Made by a program: the position numbers and the translations under genes. The notes under the pieces are model-generated. The model had not been told where the DNA came from and searched no databases. It saw only the letters and a program-made list of their open reading frames with translations. Positions 16,454 through 25,197 of a DNA stretch of 36,936 nucleotides are shown here, piece by piece. Source of the stretch: an uncultured archaeon (GTDB lineage: Archaea > Aenigmatarchaeota > Aenigmatarchaeia > CG10238-14 > SCSR01); contig CAZONC010000002.1 in NCBI GenBank assembly GCA_964581305.1, positions 1 to 36,936 of the forward strand, in the 5' to 3' direction. Each line of letters opens with the position of its first letter. The first letter of the stretch is position 1.

Positions 16454-18259
16454 ATGAGTATAAAAAAAATTGTATGCGATACCAGCATAATAATAGATAG
16501 AAAAATATCTGAAATAATCGAAAGTGAAAAGCTGAAAAATATTGAGATAGTTATACCTATAGCGGCTTTAGATGAATTGCAGGCACAAGCTGCAAAGGGG
16601 AAGGAGCCTGGATTTATTGGTCTTGATGAACTCAAAAAATTAAGAGAAATTTGCAGAAAAAAAAGAATAAAAATTCGTTTTGCAGGAAAAAGACCTGAAT
16701 TAGAAGATATAAAATTGGCACGTGCTGGAAGGATTGATGCAATAATTCGCGATGTTGCAAAAAATGAAAAAGGTGTTCTTTATACAGCTGATTATGTTCA
16801 GGCTTTAGTTGCTGAAGCAGAAGGAATAAATGTTTGTTATATTCCTCCTGAAATAAAAACTACTGGCCTTAAATTTGAAAAATTTTTCACACCAGATACA
16901 CTTAGTGTCCACTTAAAAGAAGGTGCTGTGCCTTTAGCAAAAAGAGGTAAACCAGGAAAGTTTGAATTGGTAAAATTGCAAGATAAAAAATGTACAAAAG
17001 AAGAGATCGAAGAAATAATTCGGGAAATTACTGAAGCAATAAGAATAAGTGAAGAAGGGATTGTTGAAATTTCGAGAAGTGGTGCATTAGTTTTGCAATT
17101 GGGTAATTTCCGAATTGCAATTGCTCGACCACCTTTTTCAGATGCATTAGAGGTAACGATCATCCGACCTATTGTTAAACTTAAGTTAGAAGATTATAAG
17201 CTTTCTAAAAAATTAATGGAAAGATTGAAAGAAAAAGCAGAAGGAATTATTTTAGCAGGACCTCCTGGAAGTGGAAAAACAACATTGGCTTCTTCTATAG
17301 CCGAATTTTATGCAAAAGAAAAAAAAGCTGTTGTTAAAACTCTGGAATCACCACGCGATATGCAAGTAAGTGATGAAATTACACAATATCGCCCACTAGA
17401 AGGTGACTTTGAAAAAAGTGCAGAAATTTTACTTTTAGTAAGACCTGATTATGTTGTATTTGATGAGATAAAGAAAACGAAGGATTTTGAAATATTTGCT
17501 GATATGCGACTATCTGGAATTGGAATGATTGGTACAGTTCATGCAACTGATCCTATAGATGCAATCCAAAGATTTATTCCTAGAATAGAGCTTGGAATGA
17601 TTCCACATATAATCGATACAATTCTTTATGTTAAAGATGGGGAGGTAAAAAAAGTTTATAGCCTCAATATGACTGTGAAAGTTCCAACAGGAATGACAGA
17701 AGCTGATCTTGCACGACCTGTTGTGGAAGTAAGGGATTTTGAAACTGATAAACTAGAATATGAAATTTACACTTATGGTGAAGAAAATGTAATAGTTCCA
17801 ATTAAAACAGAAAAAATAGAAGGAATAAAAAAACTTGCAACACAGGCAATTTTGAATGAAATAAAGAAATTTGATCCTAAAGCTGAAGTAGAGATAGTTT
17901 CGGAAAATAAAGCTGTGGTAAAGGTCGGTAATGAAATAATACCTCGCCTAATTGGAAAAAATGGTGCAACAATTTCAAAAATTGAAGAAAAACTTGGAAT
18001 ACATATAGAGGTTGAGCCAAGAATTCCTTCTTTAGGGAAAGAAGTTGAATATAAAATTAGAGAAAGTGGAAATAGCATTGAATTCAATTTTGAGAAAAAT
18101 CTTATAGGAAAACTTGTAAGTATTTATATCGAGGATAAGTTTCTTTTTTCAGCAACTGTGGGAAAAAAGGGACGTATACGTATTAATAAATCTTCTTCTT
18201 TAGGAAAAGAATTGATTAAAGCATTAGTAAGTGGGAAAAAAATTAGAGCAATGATTTAA
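16454..18259 (+). CDS. PIN domain / PilT-like ATPase / KH domain protein (COG1855-like)
   Basis: N-terminal PIN-like segment (VCDTSIIID...), Walker A GPPGSGKTT, Walker B VVFDEI, and a C-terminal KH motif LIGKNGATISKIEEKLG. Confidence 0.7.
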   Translation: MSIKKIVCDTSIIIDRKISEIIESEKLKNIEIVIPIAALDELQAQAAKGKEPGFIGLDELKKLREICRKKRIKIRFAGKRPELEDIKLARAGRIDAIIRDVAKNEKGVLYTADYVQALVAEAEGINVCYIPPEIKTTGLKFEKFFTPDTLSVHLKEGAVPLAKRGKPGKFELVKLQDKKCTKEEIEEIIREITEAIRISEEGIVEISRSGALVLQLGNFRIAIARPPFSDALEVTIIRPIVKLKLEDYKLSKKLMERLKEKAEGIILAGPPGSGKTTLASSIAEFYAKEKKAVVKTLESPRDMQVSDEITQYRPLEGDFEKSAEILLLVRPDYVVFDEIKKTKDFEIFADMRLSGIGMIGTVHATDPIDAIQRFIPRIELGMIPHIIDTILYVKDGEVKKVYSLNMTVKVPTGMTEADLARPVVEVRDFETDKLEYEIYTYGEENVIVPIKTEKIEGIKKLATQAILNEIKKFDPKAEVEIVSENKAVVKVGNEIIPRLIGKNGATISKIEEKLGIHIEVEPRIPSLGKEVEYKIRESGNSIEFNFEKNLIGKLVSIYIEDKFLFSATVGKKGRIRINKSSSLGKELIKALVSGKKIRAMI

Positions 18260-19071
18260 GCTAAAGATTTAGAATTTTTCCAGATAAGTTCAAAAACAGG
18301 CTCAAGAACTTGGCCTGCTGCATATTCACTTTTACTCCATATAGCCATATCTTGGGTTGAATGAACTTTTGAGTCTGTAAGTGAAAGAATGAGTTCTTTT
18401 CCATCTACAACAGTAAATCGCCCAGAAATAGGAATTTCTTTTTCATTTATTATTCTTATTTCTGCTATTCCAGAAAGTGATTTAATTGCATCAGCATTTT
18501 TTTCATCAGCTATTGTTGCAATTCTTATTTGTACACCTTTTTCCTTTGCCTTCTTTAATATGTCAAAATGTGATTTAAGCAATTCATTTAACCCATCAGA
18601 GGTTGTTAAAATGCTTATTTTTTCCTTCGCATCTTTAAACATTGTTTCAAATTGTTGATGAACGGAATATTTTCCTTTCAATGCACCTGTAATATCTTCT
18701 GGTGAAATGATCTTCAATCCCTTGGAAAATAAATCATTTAGATCGCGCATAACTACTGATTCCTTTAAATCATCAATGCGCTGTATAGCTATTTTATATT
18801 CCTCCTCTAATTTTTTCTTTGCTCGCTCTAATGCTTCATCGGGTGGAATAGCTACATATTTTATTGGCTTTCCTGTTTGAACAACCACAAAACCCTTGTC
18901 TGCTAGACTCTGAAGAACATCATATGTTCTTGATCTCGGTACTCCAGCAATTTCCGATAATTCGCTTGCTGTTCCTGTTCCACGAGCTAACAAAGCAACC
19001 CAAAGTCGCCTTTCATATAAATTTAGTCCTATTCCTTTCAATGCATCAAAAACTTTTGCGGAAACTAACAT
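18256..19071 (-). CDS. TrmB-family transcriptional regulator (second paralog)
   Basis: LGLNLYERRLWVALL...ASELSEIAGVPRSRTYDVLQSLADKGFV winged helix, followed by a coiled coil and a C-terminal domain. Confidence 0.75.
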   Translation of the reverse strand: MLVSAKVFDALKGIGLNLYERRLWVALLARGTGTASELSEIAGVPRSRTYDVLQSLADKGFVVVQTGKPIKYVAIPPDEALERAKKKLEEEYKIAIQRIDDLKESVVMRDLNDLFSKGLKIISPEDITGALKGKYSVHQQFETMFKDAKEKISILTTSDGLNELLKSHFDILKKAKEKGVQIRIATIADEKNADAIKSLSGIAEIRIINEKEIPISGRFTVVDGKELILSLTDSKVHSTQDMAIWSKSEYAAGQVLEPVFELIWKNSKSLA

Positions 19072-19165
19072 TATAATTATTTTTACTAATAAAACATTTA
19101 AAGTTAAGCTTTGGTGTTATTGGTAAGTAATAATTTTAAAAGAAATGACGCAAAAATATTTAAAA

Positions 19166-20872
19166 TTAACCTCTCCAGCCTTGTGATTTAAATAATTCTT
19201 CCAATCTTTTTATTGTATCTGCTTCATCCGGCCCCTTATCTTCTCTTATTCTTACCAATCTTGGAAATCTTAGAGCAAATCCAGAATCATAATGTGGCGA
19301 TTTTTGAATTTCCTGATAAGCTATTTCAACTACTATTTTTGGCTTTATCTTTACTTCCCTCCCCTTTTCACTTATAATCAATTCTTTCAACCTTTCAGTC
19401 ATCATCTGAAATTGCTCCTCTGTCAGACCTGTGCCCATCATCCCGCATGTTAAAAATTTTCCTGTATCCGGATCTCTGCAAGCTAAAATATACGAACTTA
19501 ACCATTTTGCACGAGCACCAGTACCCCATGTTGCGCCCACAATTACTAAATCCAAGGTCTCCATTATCGGCTTTATTTTATACATCCCCTCAACATGTCG
19601 GCCAAATATATAAGGTGATGTTGGTATTTTTAACATGAGTCCTTCTTGTTTTGCATTTAATGCTTCGTGATAGAATTTTTCCAATTCTTTTACATTATCT
19701 GAAATTATTTCCTTCGCAAGTTGTAGTTTACCAGGAAAGACCTTAACTACTTTTTTCAAAATTTTTTCTCTTTCTATCAGAGGTTTATCAAAAAGCATTT
19801 TTCCGTTCAAGTAAACTATATCGAAAAGATTTACTTGAACAGGAATTTCTTTAACCATTTTTTCTATATCATATTTTCTATGAATTCTTTGGCTGAGGAT
19901 TTGAAAGGGCAATGGATTGCCTGTTTTTCTATCTATACCTAAAGCTTCACCTTCAACTATGCATTCATCTGCTTTCAATCCTTTTTGACAAATTTCTACT
20001 ATATCTGGAAATTGGCTTGTAACATTTTCCAATCGGCGCGTAAAAATCCATATTTTATTTCCTTTTTTATGAATTTGACACCGCGCACCATCATATTTAT
20101 ATTGAGCTATAACTTTTCCAAATTTTTTAACTACTTCCTCTATATTTTTAGCTGCCAAACCTAACATAACTTGAATTGGCTTTCCTATCTGAACCTTTAT
20201 TTTTCTTAACCCCTCAACTCCCTTTTCTTTTGCAATTAAAGCAATCTCACTAAAATCAGATAAAATATTCCATGCGTAATCAACTATTTGTATTAATTTT
20301 TCTTTTTCTTCTTTATGCATCCCTTTTTTGAATAAAAATGCTTCAACTATTGCATCTCGCAAAATGCCTTCAGCTATACCAATTCTTAATTCCCCCAATA
20401 TTGTTCGTACAATATATCTCGCCTCTTTTGGTTTAGCTGAAACCAATAATTCGGCAATTAAATTTAATTTTTTTTCTTGTGAACCTTCACCAGTAATATA
20501 TGGTAACTGTTGTAATTTTTGAAAAATCTGCGCAACTGTTAAACGTTTTTTGAAAAGAGTTGTTTGTTTTCTATATTTTACACATTCTTCTGCAACTAGA
20601 CCCAGATCACCAGTTTTTTTAAATTTTTCTTCCACATCTTTTGTGCTAAATCCTGTTGCTTTTGATATTGCCTTTATCATCATTTGTGTTGCTATTCCTA
20701 GTTCCAAACCGGTAAATTTGGGGAAGACAGTTCCTTGTGAAAGAAGCACAACTTTTGGCAACATTTCTGTCGGTGTTTTTGAAAGCAAATCTGCAAGTAT
20801 CTCTGTTTTTTTAATTTTAGACGACGTAGATTCTAAAATTTCATACATATCTGCAAGAACTTCATATTCCAT
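19166..20872 (-). CDS. lig: ATP-dependent DNA ligase
   Basis: Adenylation motif I AQYKYDGARCQIH (KxDG), plus EGLMLK and a conserved C-terminal OB domain ending LRFPRLVRIREDK. Confidence 0.9.
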   Translation of the reverse strand: MEYEVLADMYEILESTSSKIKKTEILADLLSKTPTEMLPKVVLLSQGTVFPKFTGLELGIATQMMIKAISKATGFSTKDVEEKFKKTGDLGLVAEECVKYRKQTTLFKKRLTVAQIFQKLQQLPYITGEGSQEKKLNLIAELLVSAKPKEARYIVRTILGELRIGIAEGILRDAIVEAFLFKKGMHKEEKEKLIQIVDYAWNILSDFSEIALIAKEKGVEGLRKIKVQIGKPIQVMLGLAAKNIEEVVKKFGKVIAQYKYDGARCQIHKKGNKIWIFTRRLENVTSQFPDIVEICQKGLKADECIVEGEALGIDRKTGNPLPFQILSQRIHRKYDIEKMVKEIPVQVNLFDIVYLNGKMLFDKPLIEREKILKKVVKVFPGKLQLAKEIISDNVKELEKFYHEALNAKQEGLMLKIPTSPYIFGRHVEGMYKIKPIMETLDLVIVGATWGTGARAKWLSSYILACRDPDTGKFLTCGMMGTGLTEEQFQMMTERLKELIISEKGREVKIKPKIVVEIAYQEIQKSPHYDSGFALRFPRLVRIREDKGPDEADTIKRLEELFKSQGWRG

Positions 20873-20932
20873 ACAATTTAAAATTTCTTCTATTTATCTA
20901 AATACTTAAGTTTAACTAAACAAATATTTTTT

Positions 20933-21571
20933 GTGAAGATGAATGTTTTTGACTGTATTTTTAATAGACGCTCTATAAGAAAATTTGAAAAAAAAGATGT
21001 AGACGATAAACTTATTGGATTAATTTTATATGCTGGAACCCATGCACCATCAGCTGGAAATGTCCAGGAATGGCGTTTTGTTATCATAAAAGATATGGAA
21101 CAAAAAGAGAAAATTGCTAAGGCAGCTTGGGATCAAGATTTTATAAAAACTGCACCTGTTGTTATAGTTGTATGTGCTGATATGGAAAAAATTTCTTTAA
21201 AATATGGTGAAAGGGGAGAAAAGTTATACTTTGCTCAAGATATCGGTGCATGTGTCCAAAATATGTTACTTGCCGCGTATGCATTGGATTTAGGTACATG
21301 CTATGTTGGAGCCTTTGACGATAAAAAAATAAGTGATATTTTGCAATTACCAAATTATATAAGACCAGTTGCGATTATTCCTATCGGTTACCCTGCTGAA
21401 AAACCGGATATGCCAAAAAGAATCCCTATTGAGAACATAACATATTTCAACTATTATGGAAAAAAATACGAAATTGAATACAAACCTCTATTGGAATATA
21501 TTAAAATGGCATTTAAGGAAATTGAAGAAAAAGTTAAACTAAGTTTAAAATATAAAAAAATAAAGTTATAA
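20933..21571 (+). CDS. Nitroreductase-family flavoprotein
   Basis: RRSIRKF...HAPSAGNVQEWRFVII signature. The likely true start is ATG at 20939. Confidence 0.75.
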   Translation: MKMNVFDCIFNRRSIRKFEKKDVDDKLIGLILYAGTHAPSAGNVQEWRFVIIKDMEQKEKIAKAAWDQDFIKTAPVVIVVCADMEKISLKYGERGEKLYFAQDIGACVQNMLLAAYALDLGTCYVGAFDDKKISDILQLPNYIRPVAIIPIGYPAEKPDMPKRIPIENITYFNYYGKKYEIEYKPLLEYIKMAFKEIEEKVKLSLKYKKIKL

Positions 21572-21584
21572 TAGGTGAGATTTA

Positions 21585-22985
21585 GTGAAAAAATGGTTTT
21601 TTTATCTAATGTCGTTTATTTTTATTTTACTCTCCTCAACGCTTGCTGCAGCGAAAGATGTTGATTTGATATTACCATCCGAAATCACATTTTTTTCAGG
21701 AGAAAGTAAAGATATTGATGCATTAATAATTAATAATCAAAATGTAGCAGACAATTTTGCAATTTATATATTTCCATCAATTTGGAACAAAATAAGCGCA
21801 GCCCCTGAAAAAATGCATATTACGATTGGTGCAAATTGCAATGCAACTGTTAAATTATTTTTTAGTGCGCCTATTGAAGCAGAAGAACTTATATCGTTGT
21901 TTACTGTAACCATATTTTCAGAAAGTAATAAAGAAGTTTTTATCTCAAAAACAATACAAGTGAATTTAAAAAGAAAAAGCCCACTATCGATATCAAGCTT
22001 TAATATAAGCGAAAAAACCATAAACCCTGGCGAAATGATAACAATAACAGTCAATATAAGTAATGCTGCTAATATCGACTCTGACGAACATACTCTAATA
22101 ATTAATATTGAAAACAAGAGTATAGAAAATCGAATTGTAGTTGGTGCTAGATCTTTCAAAATTCTCTCATTTAATTATACATTTGATAAATATGCTCCGC
22201 CAGGAACGTATTCAGTTAGTGCATCTTTAAAAGATAATTACAACAAAGAAGTAGATAGAAGACAAGATAGTGTAAAAGTCAGGGCAATTTATGTTATACC
22301 AGAAAAATATACAGAAAAAACGAAAAGTTTAGGATTTCTTTACTCAACCATAACAATAAAAATAAAAAATGAAGGTAATATCGAATCGCCAGCATTTTTT
22401 GTTACTGAAGTCATTCCGTTATATGCATCAAGCCTTTTTGAACCTATAGATAAGCCAGCTATCGAAAGCCGATCAAATAATAAAATTTTATACAGTTGGC
22501 TTGTTCCGCCATTAGGACCAGGTGAAGAAATTACAATTAAATATAGAGTTGTTGTGTGGAAGCCTGTACTTGCGATTGTGATTATAATCTTATTGATATA
22601 CTTTTTCTTAAGAATTACACTCGCGCCTTCAATATCAAAAAGAAGTAAACATATACCTGGAAAAGAAATTTTAGTTTCGCTAGAAATAAAAAATAGAGGA
22701 TTTAGCGAAATAAAAAATGTTGTTATAACAGATTTTGTTCCGCCAATGATGCAAGTTTTGGAAAAATTTGAAACTGTGAAACCAAAAATAAGAAAAAGTA
22801 GGAAGGGGTGTGAATTGGTTTGGACATTCGATGTACTTAAACCCGGAGAAGATAGAATTTTAATATATCGTATTAAACCTATATTAGAAATAAAAGGAAT
22901 GCTAAAACTACCATCTGCAACTATGGAATATGTGGTAAAAACTGAGAAAAAAATTATAAGTTCAAAAGCCATTACCCTGGCATAA
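21585..22985 (+). CDS. Secreted/membrane surface protein with DUF11-like beta-sandwich repeats
   Basis: Signal-like N-terminus and a Ser/Asn/Ile-rich beta-strand pattern. Two DUF11-like segments (VTEVIPLYA...WLVPPLGPGEEITIKYRV and VITDFVPPM...WTFDVLKPGEDRILIYRI) flank an internal TM helix (LAIVIIILLIYFFL). GTG start preceded by AGGTGA. Confidence 0.5.
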   Translation: MKKWFFYLMSFIFILLSSTLAAAKDVDLILPSEITFFSGESKDIDALIINNQNVADNFAIYIFPSIWNKISAAPEKMHITIGANCNATVKLFFSAPIEAEELISLFTVTIFSESNKEVFISKTIQVNLKRKSPLSISSFNISEKTINPGEMITITVNISNAANIDSDEHTLIINIENKSIENRIVVGARSFKILSFNYTFDKYAPPGTYSVSASLKDNYNKEVDRRQDSVKVRAIYVIPEKYTEKTKSLGFLYSTITIKIKNEGNIESPAFFVTEVIPLYASSLFEPIDKPAIESRSNNKILYSWLVPPLGPGEEITIKYRVVVWKPVLAIVIIILLIYFFLRITLAPSISKRSKHIPGKEILVSLEIKNRGFSEIKNVVITDFVPPMMQVLEKFETVKPKIRKSRKGCELVWTFDVLKPGEDRILIYRIKPILEIKGMLKLPSATMEYVVKTEKKIISSKAITLA

Positions 22986-22996
22986 TTACCTAAAAA

Positions 22997-23007
22997 TTTT
23001 TATATTA
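22997..23007 (+). promoter_or_regulatory. Candidate TATA box for tRNA-Tyr
   Basis: TTTTATATTAT is centred ~28 nt upstream of the tRNA 5' end at 23030. The call rests on position only. Confidence 0.3.
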
Positions 23008-23029
23008 TTAAGAACGTTATTCTTTTTAG

Positions 23030-23143
23030 CCCGACTTAGCTCAATGGTAGAGCAACCGGCTGTAGGCGAGTGCTATGGCACTTGCTAGTAGCCATTGCTC
23101 GGTCAAAACCGGTAGGTTGGGAGTTCAAGTCTCCCAGTCGGGA
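23030..23143 (+). tRNA. tRNA-Tyr(GTA) with a 42-nt intron at the canonical 37/38 site
   Basis: Reads CCCGACT-TA-GCTC-AATGGTA-GAGC-A-ACCGG-CTGTAG|intron 23066-23107|A-CCGGT-AGGTT-GGGAG-TTCAAGT-CTCCC-AGTCGGG-A. The C1:G72 pair is the archaeal/eukaryal Tyr identity feature. Confidence 0.85.
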
Positions 23144-23149
23144 CTCTAA

Positions 23150-23155
23150 TTTTTT
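23150..23155 (+). terminator. Oligo-T tract (T6) after tRNA-Tyr
   Basis: TTTTTT lies 7 nt downstream of the tRNA 3' end. Archaeal RNAP terminates at oligo-T tracts. Confidence 0.4.
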
Positions 23156-23196
23156 AAACCAAAAATATTAAAAATAAGAAATTATTAAAATAATAC

Positions 23197-23319
23197 TGAG
23201 TTGGTGGCCAAAGCGAAGAGGAAACGTCCGATCCCATTCCGAACTCGGTAACTAAGCTCTTCAGCGATCTGGTGTGTACTCTGCGCAAGCAGGGGAAAAC
23301 CAGGACGCTACCAACTCAC
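23197..23319 (+). rRNA. rrf: 5S ribosomal RNA
   Basis: Terminal helix TGAGTTGGT.../...ACCAACTCA. Conserved internal blocks CCGATCCCATTCCGAACTCGG, AAGCTCTTCAGCG, GTACT and GGGAAAACCAGG. About 123 nt, with no linked 16S or 23S in the window. Confidence 0.85.
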
Positions 23320-23347
23320 CCCCTAATAAAATTGGTGAAATATTGAT

Positions 23348-23451
23348 GCCCCGATCGTCTAGCGGCCTAGGATACAGGTCTGTCACACCTGTGACACGGG
23401 TTCAAAAAAACACTGCTAAAAAGCAGTGTTTGGAAAGTCCCGTTCGGGGCG
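23348..23451 (+). tRNA. tRNA-Asp(GTC) with a ~31-nt intron inside the T-loop
   Basis: Reads GCCCCGA-TC-[D arm]-A-CAGGT-CTGTCAC-ACCTG-TGAC-ACGGG-[38 nt]-CCCGT-TCGGGGC-G. The T-stem strands are 38 nt apart instead of 7. The insert holds a perfect 9-bp hairpin (23408-23416 with 23423-23431). Confidence 0.8.
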
Positions 23452-23457
23452 CTTAAA

Positions 23458-23465
23458 TTTTTTTT
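23458..23465 (+). terminator. Oligo-T tract (T8) between tRNA-Asp and rpoH
   Basis: TTTTTTTT lies 7 nt after the tRNA 3' end and immediately before the GGTGA Shine-Dalgarno sequence of rpoH. Confidence 0.4.
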
Positions 23466-23474
23466 GGTGATGTT

Positions 23475-23714
23475 TTGAAATTTGATATAAGAGAACATAA
23501 TCTAGTTCCGAAACACATTGTTTTAAATGAACAAGAAAAAGAAGAATTGCTCAAAAAATACGGTATAAATATTCGACAATTACCAAGAATATTAGTTACA
23601 GATCCTGTAGTAAAATTGTTAAATGCAAAAGTTGGTGATGTAATTAAAATTATAAGAAAAAGTGAAACTGCGGGTGAAACAGTATATTATAGAGTTGTTG
23701 TTAAGTCGGTGTGA
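23475..23714 (+). CDS. rpoH: DNA-directed RNA polymerase subunit H (Rpb5 homolog)
   Basis: HNLVPKH...LPRILVTDPV...GDVIKIIRKSETAGE..YYRVV signature. TTG start preceded by GGTGA. Confidence 0.9.
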   Translation: MKFDIREHNLVPKHIVLNEQEKEELLKKYGINIRQLPRILVTDPVVKLLNAKVGDVIKIIRKSETAGETVYYRVVVKSV

Positions 23715-23717
23715 AAT

Positions 23718-25193
23718 ATGGATAAGTTTCTCACATTGCTAAATGTGCTTGCTAAACAAAAAGGATTTGTTAGATTTCAAATAGATTCGTACAATGATTT
23801 TATTGCAAGGCGAATACCAAAGGTTCTAGAAAGTATTGGTGTAATTAAACCAGAAGTTCCGGAGATTGGAGATTTTAAAATAAAATTGGGTGAATTCAAA
23901 ATAGGTGAACCGAGTATTAAAGAAGCTGATGGCTCGATAAGAAATATACTTCCAATGGAAGCAAGAATTAGAAATTTAACCTATTCTGCGCCAATGTACG
24001 TTGAAATGATACCGATTCTTAATGATATAGAAAGTGAACCTGTTCTTGTTAATTTTGGTGATATGCCTGTTATGGTAAAATCAAAAATATGTCCTTTATC
24101 CGAAATGTCAAGAAAAGAACTTATAGCTGCTGGTGAAGATCCTGATGATCCTGGTGGATATTTTATTATCAATGGTACAGAAAGGATTTTGGTCTTGGTC
24201 GAAGAAATTGCTCCAAATAGAATAATTACTACAAAGGTTGAAAGTGGAAATATAACTGCGATTGCAAGGATAAATTCTGAAAAAGATGGCTACGTGCAAA
24301 AACATTTACTTGAAATGCGAAATGATGGCATTATAACAATAAGCTTTGCAAATATAGTTAGATTGCCGATTGTGATTTTGCTTAGAGCACTTGGACTTGA
24401 AAGTGATAAAGATATTTTAACAGCTATTTCGCTTGATGAAAATATACAAGAAGAGTTTGCTATGAATTTATATGAAGCAGAAGCTAGTACAAAAGAGGAA
24501 GCTTTAGATGAAATTGGTAAGCACATAAAAATTCCTCAAAAAGAATACCGAATAGACAGAGCAATAAAATTAATTGACAAATATTTGCTTCCTCATCTTG
24601 GACAGGAGCCAACAAATAGATTTGATAAAGCAATGTTTTTGGCAAAGGCCATAGAAAAATTATTAAAATTGCATCTAGACCAAATCGAAGAGGATGATCT
24701 TGATCACTATTCCAATAAAAGACTAAGATTGGCAGGCGACTTACTTGAGATTTTGCTTAGATCTATACTTCTTGGTAAATGGGGTTTAATAACAAGAATG
24801 ACATATAATTATCAAAAATTAACAAAAAGAGGAAGATTACCTCCACTACAGGCAATTGTCGAATCAAACGTTTTGACAAATCAGTTAGTCTCTGCCTTAG
24901 CAATAGGTACTTGGGTTGGTGGGAGAACTGGTGTTAGTCAAAGACTAGAAAGAGGTAGTTACATAAAAACTATATCACACATGAGAAATATTCTTTCACC
25001 CTTGACCTCGACACAGGAGCATTTTGAAGCACGAGAGCTTCATCCGACACATTGGGGCAAATTATGTACAAGCGAAACACCAGAAGGGAGTACTATAGGA
25101 TTAAGAAAATATCTTGCAATTACGGCAGAGGTTACAAGAGGTATAAGTGAAAAAGATATAAAATCAATAATTAGTGTTTTAGAAAAAAAGTGA
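23718..25193 (+). CDS. rpoB2: DNA-directed RNA polymerase subunit B'' (N-terminal half of split RpoB)
   Basis: Conserved Rpb2 N-terminal blocks (QIDSYNDFI, GYFIINGTERILV, HPTHWGKLCTSETPEG). Ends at the usual B''/B' split point. Confidence 0.92.
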   Translation: MDKFLTLLNVLAKQKGFVRFQIDSYNDFIARRIPKVLESIGVIKPEVPEIGDFKIKLGEFKIGEPSIKEADGSIRNILPMEARIRNLTYSAPMYVEMIPILNDIESEPVLVNFGDMPVMVKSKICPLSEMSRKELIAAGEDPDDPGGYFIINGTERILVLVEEIAPNRIITTKVESGNITAIARINSEKDGYVQKHLLEMRNDGIITISFANIVRLPIVILLRALGLESDKDILTAISLDENIQEEFAMNLYEAEASTKEEALDEIGKHIKIPQKEYRIDRAIKLIDKYLLPHLGQEPTNRFDKAMFLAKAIEKLLKLHLDQIEEDDLDHYSNKRLRLAGDLLEILLRSILLGKWGLITRMTYNYQKLTKRGRLPPLQAIVESNVLTNQLVSALAIGTWVGGRTGVSQRLERGSYIKTISHMRNILSPLTSTQEHFEARELHPTHWGKLCTSETPEGSTIGLRKYLAITAEVTRGISEKDIKSIISVLEKK

Positions 25194-25197
25194 AAAC

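Noticed and set aside
23274-23456. 60-aa plus-strand ORF in the ORF track.
   Set aside because: It is made up of the 3' part of the 5S rRNA, the spacer and the whole of tRNA-Asp. The structured-RNA explanation is far stronger.
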